This document shows, in pieces, positions 14,234 to 25,871 of a DNA stretch of 64,000 nucleotides. Source of the stretch: Blastocladiella emersonii ATCC 22665 (lineage: Eukaryota; Fungi; Blastocladiomycota); contig JANHCV010000007.1 in NCBI GenBank assembly GCA_025594325.1, forward strand, positions 1,922,001 through 1,986,000. Direction: 5' to 3'. The position numbers and the translations under genes are program-made. The notes under the pieces are model-generated. The model did not search any database and was not told where the DNA came from. It worked only from the letters and a program-made list of their open reading frames with translations. Each line of letters begins with the position of its first letter. Position 1 is the stretch's first letter.

Positions 14234-14758
14234 ATGGCGTCTGCTGCTGCCGGCGGTAACGCATTCAAGCGCTTCTGGAACCACCCCGCTGGTACGCCGC
14301 GACCACCCTTGCACTGGGTGCTCACATCGGCCGCGCTGACCCGATCCCGCTAGGCCCCAAGACCATCCACTTCTGGGCCCCCGCCGCCAAGTGGGCCCTC
14401 GTCATTGCCGGCCTCGGCGACCTCCAGCGCCCCGCCGAGAAGCTGTCGCTCATGCAGTCGTCCGGTACGCCGCCCCCTCCCGTGTGCGACTCCGCCCGCT
14501 CACTCTCCCCCAACCCGCGCGTAGCCCTCGCCGCCACCGGCATCATCTGGTCGCGCTACTCGACCCAGATCGTCCCCATCAACTACAACCTCATGTCCGT
14601 CAACGTGTTCGTCGCCGCCACGGGCCTGTACCAGCTCTACCGCATCTACGAGTGCGTTCTCTGTCTCCCACGATCACCCGGCGCCGTGCTCACCCCGAGT
14701 CCCGCTCTCATGTAGCTACCGCAAGGGTCTGCCCAAGGAGGAGGCCATCCCCGCCTAA
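14234..14758 (+). CDS. MPC2: Mitochondrial pyruvate carrier subunit 2 (exons 14234-14291, 14354-14464, 14525-14651, 14716-14758)
   Basis: Spliced product reads FWNHPAGPKTIHFWAPAAKWALVIAGLGDLQRPAEKLS...ATGIIWSRYSTQIVPINYNLMSVN, the MPC2 signature. Three canonical GT-AG introns. Confidence 0.95.
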
Positions 14759-15090
14759 TTTGCTATACCTCACCCACCCGTCCCTCTAGTTGCTGCTGCC
14801 GCCGCTGCGCTCTGTCATCGCTACACCCCCTCTTTTGCTTCCCCCCACGCACTGTCTGCCTCCATCCATGTCCATAAACTGAAATGTGAAGACCTTCCTC
14901 CCTGTTCGCCACTCAGCACGGCTGGTCGCGTCTCGCACCCGGCCGGCCCCCTGACCGCGCCTCTTTCGAGTGCGTCGACTCGCCCCACGTGACGTATATT
15001 CAACCCGAAATGATCGTGTCGAGCCCGCACGATCCACGGTCTGCCCGCACACCTAGTTCTCCATGCATTGCTTGATCGCCAGTCGCTGAA

Positions 15091-16587
15091 ATGTCGTCCG
15101 GCACCGGCAGGCGACGCGCTGCGCCACACCCGCCGCGCAGCGGGTCCGCCGACCCCGTCACCGTCGCCTCCTCCTCCCCCACCGCCGCGAAGAATGTACC
15201 CGATCCGAGCGACTACGCGGCCCAAACCATGCCCCGCGGGACACGCGGCAGCGTGAACGTCGGCACCGCCGACGGCTCGCCGCCGTTCGTCGCCATCCCC
15301 TACGACCTCTGGATCCGCCAGCAGCAGCAGCACCAGGGCCAGCAGCCGAGCCCGCCGCTGCACTTCCAGCCCGCGCAGGCGGGACCGACCGACCCGGCCA
15401 CGGCACCCGCCATGTACGCGCCGTCCACGTCGCACCAGTCGCGGTCGCGCGCGGTACGCACTCGCGGCTTCCCGTCCATCCTCGCGTCCCTGTCGCTGAT
15501 CCGACCCACGTCGTCTAGAACTCGCTCTCGCGCGCCGCCAGCGGCCCCGCCGCCGTGCAGACGCTCGCGCCCGTCATGCTCCCCGCCATGGCGTCGCCGT
15601 ACGGCGAGCCCATCGGCATCTATTTCCCGCCGCAGCCATACCCATCCTACTCGATGCCCGGTGGGCCGTCGCCGACATCGGCCAGTATGCCGCCCGGAAC
15701 CACGCCCATGTGGCTCCAGGGCGGGCACCCCGACTACGGCGCGATGCAGCAGCAACAACAGCAGGCCGGCGGCTATCCGCGTACGCTAGGCACTGCGTCC
15801 ACGCGTTCGTCGCTCGGTACACTGACCATACGACCGCCTACTAGCCTTCTCCGAACCGTACCCTCCCGTCGGCAACCCATCGTGGGCGCGCCAGCCGTAC
15901 GAGCAGGGCTACCCGGGCCCGTCGCCCGACGCCTCGCCGCGCGTCGGCCGCAAGGTCTCCGGCCCCGCCTCGGGCATCGCCTCGCACCCAAACCCGTCGC
16001 ACCTCGAGCCCCTGATCGCGCAGCTAAGAAAACGCCGCACGTCGCAGCCGCCGCCCGCGACCCAGCCCAAGGAGGGCCTCTCGACGTCGCAGCGGTACCA
16101 GTGGCTCGTCGAGTACGAGTCGCAGGCTATGGCGCGCAGCCGCGGCGGCCCCGGCATGGACCGCGGCGGGCCGCAGCAGCAGGGCGGCTACGGCGACGAC
16201 GGGAACGGCGGTGGCGGCGGGTACGAGTACGACGGCCGCTCGCCCGTGCAAGGTGGCGGCGGAAGCTACAGCTACAGTCCCGAGAACGACTCGCGGCGCA
16301 CGAGCGGCCAGTCGTCATCGGCGCCACCACCGCTGCACCTGCCGACGGGCAAGTCGACCGAGTTCAAGCCGTACTCGATCCAGGAGTACACGTCCATCTG
16401 TCGCGCCGACGCGGCCGCGCGGCTACCGACGAGTCTCGGTCCGCCGGGCGATCCCGAGTCGGAACGGCGTCGCGCCAAGGCTGCAGCCGCGCAGCAGTAC
16501 GCCGAGCAGGTCCGCGGACAGCTGCATGCCAAGATCGCGAGCCAGCAACAGCAACAGCTCCAGCGGCAGCGCAGCATGACGTCCTGA
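15091..16587 (+). CDS. JHY: Pro/Gln/Gly-rich protein with C-terminal JHY-like (juvenile hydrocephalus) motif, about 455 aa; exons 15091-15453, 15519-15780, 15845-16587
   Basis: C-terminal FKPYSIQEY...LGP...ERRRAK...QQYAEQVR resembles the conserved JHY motif (KPYTLxEY..LGGLGP..K.EYAxxV) as I recall it. Two GTACGC..TAG introns give a continuous frame. Confidence 0.55.
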
Positions 16588-16656
16588 CCCACCGCCTGTA
16601 CTATTACTCTCTCCAGAATGGATTTCCAAGTGCTGATTCTTGTTAAATACGCCCAA

Positions 16657-19600
16657 CTACTTCTTCCCCTTACCGCCCTTCTTCTCCTTGATCTCCTCCT
16701 GCGCCGCCGTAGCCGCTGCGGCAGCCGCCGCCGCCTCAGCCGCGGCCTGCTGCTCGGCCGCGAGCTTCGCGATCCGCACAGCCTCCTCCTCGATCTCGGC
16801 GATGGTCTGCTCGCGGTGCTTGATGCGCCGCGCGTGGTCAACGTCGCGCCACCCGCGCACCTGGCCCGCGACGCCGTCGAGCGCCTCGGTCAGCCACTTG
16901 CGCGAGTCCTCGGCGTACTTTTTGTCGAGCGCCCACCGCGCACGCATCCCCTCGTTGTACTCGTGGAACGACTCGCGCCGCTGCCGCGCGCCTTCGCGCC
17001 GGTCCGCGAGCGCCGTCGCGTGCAGCACCGTCGGCGCCCGGTGGTAGTGCACGCGCGCGGGGATAAAGTCGTCGGGCCGCGGGAGACCCGACGGGATGCC
17101 CTGCAGCGACGCGAGCCCCGCGACCCACGCGTTGGGCGGCGCCGGTGCCGTCGTCACGGTCGTGGGCACGCTGGTTGCGGCAGCCGCGGCCGAGGCCATC
17201 TGCGCTGCGGTGAGCGACGTGACGAGGTTCGGCGTCGCGGCACCGACGACGCTGGTCGGGGCTGCGGTGGCGACGCCCGTGGACATGGTTCCTAGCGCCA
17301 TGCCCGTCGCGCCGAGGAACGAGGGCGGGAGGAGCGTGGTCCCGCTGCCCGACGCGGCGAGGACGGGCGGTGCAATGCTCGGCAAGCTCGACGCGCCGCC
17401 GCCGGCAGCAGCAGCACCAGGCACCGGGCTCGTCGTGCCGGATGGCACCGCGATCGGAACCGGCGTCGTAGCGCCACCCGCAGCAGCGGCCACGGCGGCC
17501 GCCGCGGCGCTCGCGGCCGCGAGGGACTGCGACTGCTTGAGCGTGTTGAGGAACTGCTCGCGCGCCTCGCGCGCCTTGGACATGCGGCCTGGCTGCTTGT
17601 GCTCCCACCCGTCCTTGATGGCGCGGTGCCGGTCCTCGCGCTCCGAGTCCTTGACGACGTAGAGCCCCTGCGGGTCGGAGCTCGTGACGCGGAGGAACCA
17701 GCGCAGCTCGAGCGGCGGCGGGCTCGACTGCAGCCCGGAACCGGCGTCGCTGCCGGTGCCCGCGCCGCCCGAGGCCGTGGACGCGCCGAGCGTCGACGAC
17801 TTGCTGCTCTCCTTGGCCGCGGCGGCCTCCTTGGGGTTCCCGCTGCCCGTCGACGCGCCGCCGCCGCCCGACTTTCCACCGCCACCGCCGCCCTCGGACT
17901 TGCCGGACCCGCCGTCGCCGCCCTTGCCGTCGCTCGGCTTCTTCTTGACGTTGGCCGTCGAGACCTTGGTCGCTGAGGAGCTCGCGGTGCGCGGGCGCGT
18001 CACGGTCGCGGCCTGCGCCTCGAGGAGCAGCGGGAGGCACGACTCGTTGGGCTCGATGAAGGCCTGCAGCACGTAGCGGCGTTTGGGCTTGGCGCGGGCG
18101 AGGGCCGAGCCGGGTGGCTACACGCGGGGCAGGTCGAGTGTCAGCGACCATGGCCAGCGCCGCGGGACGGACAGGCCCGTACCGAGCGCTCCTTGTCCTT
18201 TTCTTTTTCCTTCTCCTTGTCCTTGTCTTTATCCTTGTCCTTGCCGCCGCCCTTCTCCTTCTCGGGCTTCTCCTTGTCGGGCTTGTCTTTTTCGATGCCG
18301 AGGACGGGCGCGACCACGTCGTCCGTCTTGTACAGGATGACGTTCGGGATCGTGACCGAGTCGCGGAGCCGGGTGCGGAACACGAGCGCGTCGTTCTCGT
18401 ACAGCTGCAGCGTGAGGAACAGCGACGGCACGGCGAAGGCGAGGTGCATCGAGACGTGCGACTCGGCCACGTTCGGGATCCGGATCAGCGTGCGAAACAG
18501 CATGTGCTGCTTGTTGGGCACGTACACGTCCTCGAAGTCGCCGACCCACGACCGTGTCCCGACGTCGAGCGGCCGCTCGGGCGGCAGCACCGCCGCCGGC
18601 CGGCTCTGGAACCGCACGCGGAACTTGCCCGCGGCCCGCGCGAACGGGCACTTGGCGTCGGCGAGCACAGTGTACCCGCGCGTGTTGGGGACGAGCACGC
18701 GCGGCGCGAGCGCGAGCAGCGGGATCGGCAGCGCCGTGCGCGAGTCGTTGTCGACGACACGCAGCACCGTGTGGTCGGCGATCGCCTCGGGCACGAACAG
18801 CTGGATCGCCACCGTCGTCGGCTCCTTGACGTGGAACGTGTACTTGAACAGCAGGCTCCACGTGTGCGGCGGCATCGCCGCGTAGCTCTCCTCGATGTCG
18901 CCCGCCACCACGCCGCACCGGTCGCCGAGGTACTTGGCCTCGTCTTCGAGCACCACCTCACCCTCGGTGCGCGAGTAGATGCCGACAGCGTGGTGCGCCG
19001 GCGCGTCGATGAGCAGGCGCAGGCCTTGGAATGGCCGCAGGACCACGGTCTGCGCGCGCGCCGCGTTCGTGGCGAGGCGGACCAGGTCCACGGCCGAGTC
19101 GGAGGCCGTATCGACGCCGGAGCTGCTGCTACCGAGGAGCCGCGTCGGCGAAGGAACCGAGCCGGCAGGGCGCAGCCACTCGGCCTCCTCGAGAATCAGG
19201 GCAGGGACGCGGCGCTTCGACTCGGTCAGCCGCGCGTGGCACGAGAATCCGACGAGGATCTCAGCAGGCCGGTCGTGCGGGTTGTCTAGTATCGACGACG
19301 CAGGAGTCAGTCGCGAGCTTTCTCAGCGCCGTCACGCGAAAAACGTACAGATGATGGGCAGAACCCGCGGGACGAGGTCGACGGGCTGAACCACGGCTTG
19401 CGCTGCCGCGTTCGCCGGGGCGGGCACCGCGGGCGCGGTTGGGAGCGACGGCGTGACAAAGTTGAGCACCTTGGCGAACTTGTACGACGAGGCAAAGTGG
19501 AGAAAGTAGATGGCGTGGCAGTGCTCGACAAACTCGGCGAGTGAAAGGCACGCGTCGGGCTCGAGCGGGAGCGCGCTCGCGAACGGGACCGTCAGCGGGT

Positions 19601-21611
19601 ACACGTGGAACCGCAGCGAGCTCGTGCCCGGCGCGTCGCTGGCCAGGTTGCCGGTGCCCGTGCCCGGGACGAGCTTGTGGATGTGCACGATCGCCGGGTG
19701 GTCGCCGCGGTCGAGGGATACCCGCGCGAGCACGATGCCCGGCGCGACGTGCAGCGGGTGCAGCGTGCCCGGGCCCGAGCGGCTCTTGGGCGGCTGCGGA
19801 CCGCCCTGTCCGTTTGCAGCAGTCGACGACGGCGAGACCGCGGCGTTGGCAGTGATGGCGGCCGCGCTCGGTGTTCCGAGTCGGCTGGGCGCGGTCCCAG
19901 GAGCTGGCGCGGGCCCAGCGTTACCGCCGCCGCCACCGCTCGCCGTGCTCGCGTTGAAGCTGGCAGCGAGCGACACGGACGTGGTGAAGAACTGACGCAG
20001 CCGCGCGTGTGCGAGCGCCGTCCGGTCGGCGAGCGGCATGGGCGAGTCGGCCGTGAGATCCGCGTGCACCTCGCAGCCGACGAGCATCTTGATGAAGAAG
20101 TTGTCGCCCTTTTCGTTGGCTTCCTTGCGCTCGTCGTAGCTACACACGACACAGATCGTCAGTCTCGCTCTCGCGCCACCCGCGCACTCGCGCGCCGAGC
20201 TGTACCTGATGGACGCGACCTTGAGCAGCGCCTTGGCGAGGATCCACGGCCAGATCTCGCCCGAGACGGGGCTCGACGGCAGCAGCGCGTGGCCCTCCGA
20301 GTCGACGGGCACCTTGTCGTCGACGAGCACCTTGCGCCACGCGCCACACCACCACAGCTTGACGGCGTATTTGCCCGCCGCGTTGTACGCGGGGGTTCCG
20401 TCCTTGTTCTTCGGGTAGATGTGGTCCCACGGGAGGAACAGGTCGAGCTCGGGCGTCGGCGTCGGCGAGTACCCGAGACTCGGGCCCGCCGCGCCCGTGG
20501 CGCTGCCGCTGGCCGCGCCCATGACGGGCGACCCGGGTTTCGCGGCGTTCACGTTGTAGGTGGCGAGCGCCGACAGGAACGGGGCGAGCTGGCGGTGCAG
20601 CGGGACCAGCGCGTTGAGCTGCAGGACGAGGTCGTGCATCAGGCTCGAGTGCGCGGTGATGCTCTGGTTGACCTGCGCAAACGCCGAGGCACACGGCCCG
20701 TCGCCGGTCGGCGCGTGCGTGCCGCGGTGGCCGCCGATCAGGTGCGAGTGCGGGACGAACGGGTCCTCGTAGTTTGTGAAGGCCGAGACCGAGGCGGCCG
20801 CTGCGCTCGCGCTCGCGGTCTCCAGCGCTGATGCTGCCGCCGCCGCGGCCGTGCTCGACAATGGACCACCGGGTGGTGCGGAACCAGGTGGCGATGGTGG
20901 ACTCGCCGTGACGCCGCCGGCGCCCACAATGTACGTAGGGCTGGCCGTCGGTGCGGGCAGCGTGAGCATGGCGAGCTCAGGGGCCGCTGCGCCCGCGGCC
21001 GATTTCCACGTCGGCGGGGGAACGACCTCGTTCGGCCGGCGCAGCCCGTCGACGCGATCGCGCAGCGACCGGGGCATGAACGCGTACGTCGTGTCGAGGT
21101 CGTCCATGGCGGCGGCTGCGACGGCGTTCGCTGCCGCTGCCGCTGCAGCAGCCGCCGCCGCGGCCGCGTTGTTGGCGCCGGCGCCCGACGGCTTCGCGCC
21201 CGTCGATCCAGCCGCCGCGGCGCCCGCGTTGGGCACGGACGACGTGGACCCGGGCGGCGGCCACGTCCACTTCTCGGTGGCGATCTCAATGTCGGACCAC
21301 TCGGGCCACGGAACGACGGCCGTGTCGCTGTACTCGGGGATCGCGGTGAGCGAGCCGACGGTGCCGTCGATCCCGCTGCTCATGGACGCCGAGACCGAGA
21401 TGGTGCTGCTGTCGTTGCCGCTGCCCGGGACGGCGAGCGATCGGCCGCCGCCGAGCGCGCCGCCGGCCGCTGTAGTTCGTGGGCGGCCACCGATGCTGCT
21501 AGTCGAGGACGGCTGGGCCGACGACGTCAGACCGCCGGGCGCGGCGTTCGCAGTCGACCCGCCACCGCCGCGCGATGCGGGGACTCCGCCGCCAGTTTGT
21601 CGCGATGACAT
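16657..21611 (-). CDS. ADGB: Androglobin-like calpain-domain protein lacking the globin module, about 1586 aa; exons 21611-20206, 20139-19349, 19285-18183, 18117-16657
   Basis: LPWDHIY...YNAAGKYAVKLWWCGAWRKVLVDDKVP...EIWPWILAKALLK matches the ADGB calpain-like domain. HTWSLLFKYTF..LRVVDND..NTRGYTVLA and the late KDSEREDRHRAIKDGWE..PGRMSKA segment also match ADGB. Intron phases are mutually consistent. Confidence 0.85.
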
Positions 21612-21945
21612 GGTTTCAGTAGCTTCGTGGTAGTGTGTGGCGGCAGAGCGTGCAAGTGCGCGGCGTTCGCGGAAGCGAGGGGTCGGGCGCGCGGAGAAAG
21701 GGGCGAAGATCGCGCGACGCGTCCAACACGTGCGGCGGGGCGTGATCCGAGACGCGTCGCGAGTCGCGTCGCTGCCCCGCGTCGCCGCTTTTGGAGACAC
21801 GCGCGCCGGCACCGGAGATCCTCGACCCGTGTCGCACACGCCATCCGATTGAGCGTAAGCCCACGCCATCCCATGTACTGCTGACCCGACTCGGTGCAAG
21901 CGCTCGACCGCCTCGACCACACACGCGCGCACATGAAGGCATCGC

Positions 21946-24380
21946 ATGCCCCGCGCGTTGCCCAGCATACCCGTCTCGCCGACTGCAGCCAGCCATAGCA
22001 TAGACGTGCCCGCTGCGGCTGCGCCAGGCCTCGTCCGTCCTCCGCGCGCGCTCCGCCGGCGCCAGTCGTCGATCAAGAACTCGCTCGTCGCCAACGTCCT
22101 CGCCGCGACTTCGCGTGCGCTGCAGCCTAGAGTCGAGCCCGGTGAAGGTTGTGACAGCTCCGCATCTGCGAGCGCAGCCTCGTTAGACTCTGGGTCTGGC
22201 ACGCCGCGCCTCGCGCCCGAGGACGACGCGGACCAAGTCCAGCCCAACGTTCTCGGCTGGGACTGGCACAGCTCGTGGACGCTGACCAGCCATCACCGCA
22301 CGCGCTCCTGGATTCTCCCTTCCTTCTCGTCGCAGGACCCTCCGTCGCGCAACATGAGCATATCCTCGTCCTCGTTCACGGGGTCCACGTCGGACGCCTC
22401 GTCGACCTTCTCGGGGCGGCTATCCGTCTCGTCCACGTCGACGGGTGGGCGGCGGTCGTCGGCGTACTCGGGCACCACGTCCATTGCGACGTCGGCCGCG
22501 TCGAGCGACTCGCCGTCGCTGTACTACCAGGCGGGCCTCCTTGACGCGCACTGGACGCGACGATACATGTTCAACGTGGTCACGTCGTCGTACTTCAACT
22601 CGACGATCCTGCTCGTCATCTTCCTCAACACGGCGGTGCTCGCGGTGCAGTCGACGACCTACATCAACACCAACTTTGGTACGGCCCACTCGCGCGGCGA
22701 TACCGCGGGTGCTGCATCGCTGGCTGACACGCGAGGTCCGGCGCGGCCTAGGGTGGTACCTCAGCCTGCTCGACCAGATCTTCCTCGGCGTGTACCTCAT
22801 GGAGACGCTGTGCAAGCTCGTCGTGTTCCAGACCTCGTACTTTCGCAGCGGGTGGAACGTGTTCGGTACGCCGCCGCCGCACCTCGGGCCGTCACAGACC
22901 CCCAAACTCACGATCCCTACCCGCCCTCGTCCAGATTTTGCCATTGTCGTGAGCTCGGTCGGCTCGTTTGCGCTGACCATGGTCTCGTCGTCGGCGCTGT
23001 CCTTTAACCCCAAGGTACGTGAGGGCCACGCGCTTTGTCTTTGGCCGCCCTCGCTCGCTCGCTCACGGTTCCGACCAGCGGTGTCCTCGCTAGGTGATTC
23101 GCTTGTTCCGCGTCTTTCGAGCGTTCCGCGCGATCCGGTCCCTCCGAGCACTGCGCGCCATTTCGTTCCTCAAGAGCCTGCAGATCATTGTCGAGGCGCT
23201 CCTGTCCTCGGTGCCCGCCATGTCCTCGATCCTGTCGCTCGCGGGCCTGACTCTGTGTACGTCGTTATCGCGGCCATGGCCATGGCCATCGCGGCAGAAG
23301 TAGTCTACTGACTCGCCGTCGGCCGCAGACATTTTTAGCGTGGTCGGGCGCGCGCTGTACGGGCACATAGACCAGCGTCGGTTCGGGTCCATGGGCACGA
23401 CCTTCTTCTGGCTGTTCAGCGTGATCACGCTCGACGACTGGAGCACCATCTGGCACGACCACCCGGACGCCCCCGGCATCTTCTTCTTCCTGTTCGCGTT
23501 CCTGGTCCTCGAATCGTTCATCTTCCTCAACCTGTTCGTCGCCGTCATCGTCAGCAACCTCGAGGAGTCGCGCCGCAGCATGGACCGCCTGCGCCGCCGC
23601 GACGCCAAGCGTGAGATGCAGCTCGGCGGGTCCGGGCTTGACGCGCAGCAGCATCCGGCCGAGGACCCGCCACCGCCGCGGCCGGGGAGCGGCGGCCCCG
23701 CGCCCGCCGGCCTGATCCCCGCGCACCTCGAGACGTCGCCGTTCATTGCGCCGGCGCAGCGCGACGCGTTCGTGGCGGCCGTGACGCAGCTGCGCACGCC
23801 GTCGCAGCAGTCCATGGCGTCAGAACAACCACACCCACTCTCCCCGCTGTCGGCCATGGACGACATCGAGGGCGCTCTCCGCGCCGTGTTCCTGCCCGAG
23901 GCGACCATCGAGACGTACTACGCGCCGACGCTCCCGTTCCGCGACCAGGTGCTGCACACGCGGCTGCTGCAGAACACGGCGTCGCTCGAGCACTCGATGA
24001 TGCACTGCGCGCGGCTCGGCGGGCTCAGCGACAGCTTGGTCGACCTGCTCGCGATGCAGACGGCGTCGGGCATCTTGCCGGCCGACGCCAAGGCTAGGCT
24101 ACCCGCGGCCTTCTACCCAAGGAAACGCGCCGCGTTCTCGGCCGACGTCGAGGAGGTCGGCGCGTCGTCGTCGTCGGGGATCGCGGGCAAGGCGAGACCG
24201 AGCTCGCCACCGCCCGCACCACCGATACCATTACCCGCGGCCGTCGCGAGGGCGAGGTCGGGCGGGCTCATGGACAGCGTGCGGCGGCTCGGGTCCGCGG
24301 GCAAGTCGAGGCCAGTGACGGCGGACGCGGCGGCGTCAGGAGGAGCGGCTGCAGAAGCGAGGAGTCGAGGGAGCGGGTGA
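21946..24380 (+). CDS. CATSPER1: CatSper1-like voltage-gated Ca2+ channel alpha subunit (single 6-TM domain), about 713 aa; exons 21946-22678, 22752-22865, 22935-23014, 23094-23256, 23329-24380
   Basis: Ion_trans architecture after splicing: S4 RLFRVFRAFRAIRSLRALRAI, pore ITLDDW (about 23424-23441), S6 FIFLNLFVAVIVSNL followed by a coiled-coil. The start codon is uncertain. Confidence 0.8.
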
Positions 24381-24632
24381 TTGATACACTTTTTTTTTTC
24401 CTTTTTGCTCACACGCGACTCGGAAGCGGATCGAGAGACGAAAGAAGAGTTGAGAGAAAACAGGCCTGGCGTATATTTTTCTTGAGGGAGAAGGGGTACA
24501 AGGGAGGGAGGGAGGGAATCAATCACACACGATCAGCGGTAGGGTACAGGACACGAGGGAGGGAGGGGAACATCATCATCGACCAGGCACAAACACACGC
24601 ACAAGGGGAGGAGAAGCGAGCGAGGAGCGAGC

Positions 24633-25871
24633 TCAGTAGTCGCGGATGGCGGCGCCGAGGACGCGGGCGAAGCGCGGCTTGAACATGTTCTCGTTCTCCT
24701 TGAAGAACTTCTCGACGTTGGTCGGGGCGCGGCGCAGGAGCTTCTCGAGGTCGGCCGACCGGATCGCGAGCTTGCCGGCGCGGGTCAGGATGCCGGCGAT
24801 GAGGAACTCCTCGGTGTCGAAGCGCGACAGGCCGCTCGACACCTCGAGGATGCGGCGCATCTCGTGGTCGTCGACGTTCTTGTACGCGATCTCGGTGTTG
24901 AAGGTGTGCGACGCGACCTTGGCGATGGCCTCGCCCGAGAGCAGCGTGGGCGTGGTGAGAAGGTAGGGCTTGGCGGGGCCGGTCGCGGGCGCGGCGGCGG
25001 CGCCCGACGCGGCGGCCGACGAGGCGGCAGCGGCACCCGAGGCCGAGGAACCCGACGAGGACGAGCCGTCGCCGCCGGCCGAGGTGGCGCGGTTGCCGGC
25101 GCCCGGGGGCGGGACGGGGCGGTTGTTGACGAGGGCGAGCAGGAGCTCGGATTTGGCGTGGGCGGCGTCCTTGAGGTTGACGGGGGCGAACTCGCCGTTG
25201 CCGATGTTCATGGGGATGGCGCCCTTGGACTGCATGTAGTCGGCGACGTAGAAGAGGGCCTGCATCGGGACGCCGTTGCGGACGACGGCGACGTTGTGGC
25301 GGAGGCCCTCGGTGACGAGCTTCTCGACGGTGGCGAACATGCGGGCCGTGTCCTTGTGGTCGGCGGGGCGGTCGGCCTTGAGGTCGGCGAAGCCGGCGGT
25401 GACGCACGAGACGAGGACGAGGCCGCGGATGCCCATGGGGTGCGAGGCGGGCACGTTGGTGGTGTTGCCCGTGGCGACGGGGGCGGCCTGCTGGCGCAGC
25501 ACGTCGACGATGCGCTTGGTCTTGTCGACCATGTCGAAGTCGCGGCGCGGGACGAGGACGAGGCCCGTGGCGCCGGTCAGGGCGTGCTTGATGGTGTGCG
25601 GGTTGTCGAGGTCGTACTCGCGCACGTCGCAGCCCTCCTTCTTGAGCTGCTTGGCCAGGTCGTGGTTCGGGTCCGACACGCACGCGATGACCGAGTTCCA
25701 GCCGCGCGAGGTGAGGCAGGCGCGGGCGGCGTAGAAGCCGGGGATGGTGTCGGCCTCGGTGATGGCGACGATCTGGTTGCCCGTGTTACCGGCGATCGGC
25801 TGCTGCTGCTGCTGCTGCTGCTGGGCGGCGCCGGCGGCGGCCTGGGCGGGGTTCTGGATCGACGACGACAT
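24633..25871 (-). CDS. NmrA-like / atypical short-chain dehydrogenase-fold protein, 412 aa
   Basis: N-terminal Rossmann-like strand with a degenerate glycine loop (IVAITEADTIPG), then YDLDNPHTIKHALTGATGLVLVP. C-terminal LSGEAIAKVAS..IAYKNV is typical of NmrA/TMR-like proteins. Strong host codon bias. Confidence 0.65.
   Translation of the reverse strand: MSSSIQNPAQAAAGAAQQQQQQQQPIAGNTGNQIVAITEADTIPGFYAARACLTSRGWNSVIACVSDPNHDLAKQLKKEGCDVREYDLDNPHTIKHALTGATGLVLVPRRDFDMVDKTKRIVDVLRQQAAPVATGNTTNVPASHPMGIRGLVLVSCVTAGFADLKADRPADHKDTARMFATVEKLVTEGLRHNVAVVRNGVPMQALFYVADYMQSKGAIPMNIGNGEFAPVNLKDAAHAKSELLLALVNNRPVPPPGAGNRATSAGGDGSSSSGSSASGAAAASSAAASGAAAAPATGPAKPYLLTTPTLLSGEAIAKVASHTFNTEIAYKNVDDHEMRRILEVSSGLSRFDTEEFLIAGILTRAGKLAIRSADLEKLLRRAPTNVEKFFKENENMFKPRFARVLGAAIRDY
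25800..25823 (-). repeat. (CAG)8 coding microsatellite (poly-Q at the N-terminus of the NmrA-like protein)
   Basis: Eight perfect CTG units on the + strand. Confidence 0.9.

Noticed and set aside
21716-21758. GACGCGTC palindromes (MCB-like core) at 21716 and 21751 and at 13926, in the two divergent promoters
   Set aside because: The same word occurs inside coding regions of this CpG-rich sequence, so enrichment cannot be claimed without a genome-wide count. No convincing RFX X-box was found either.
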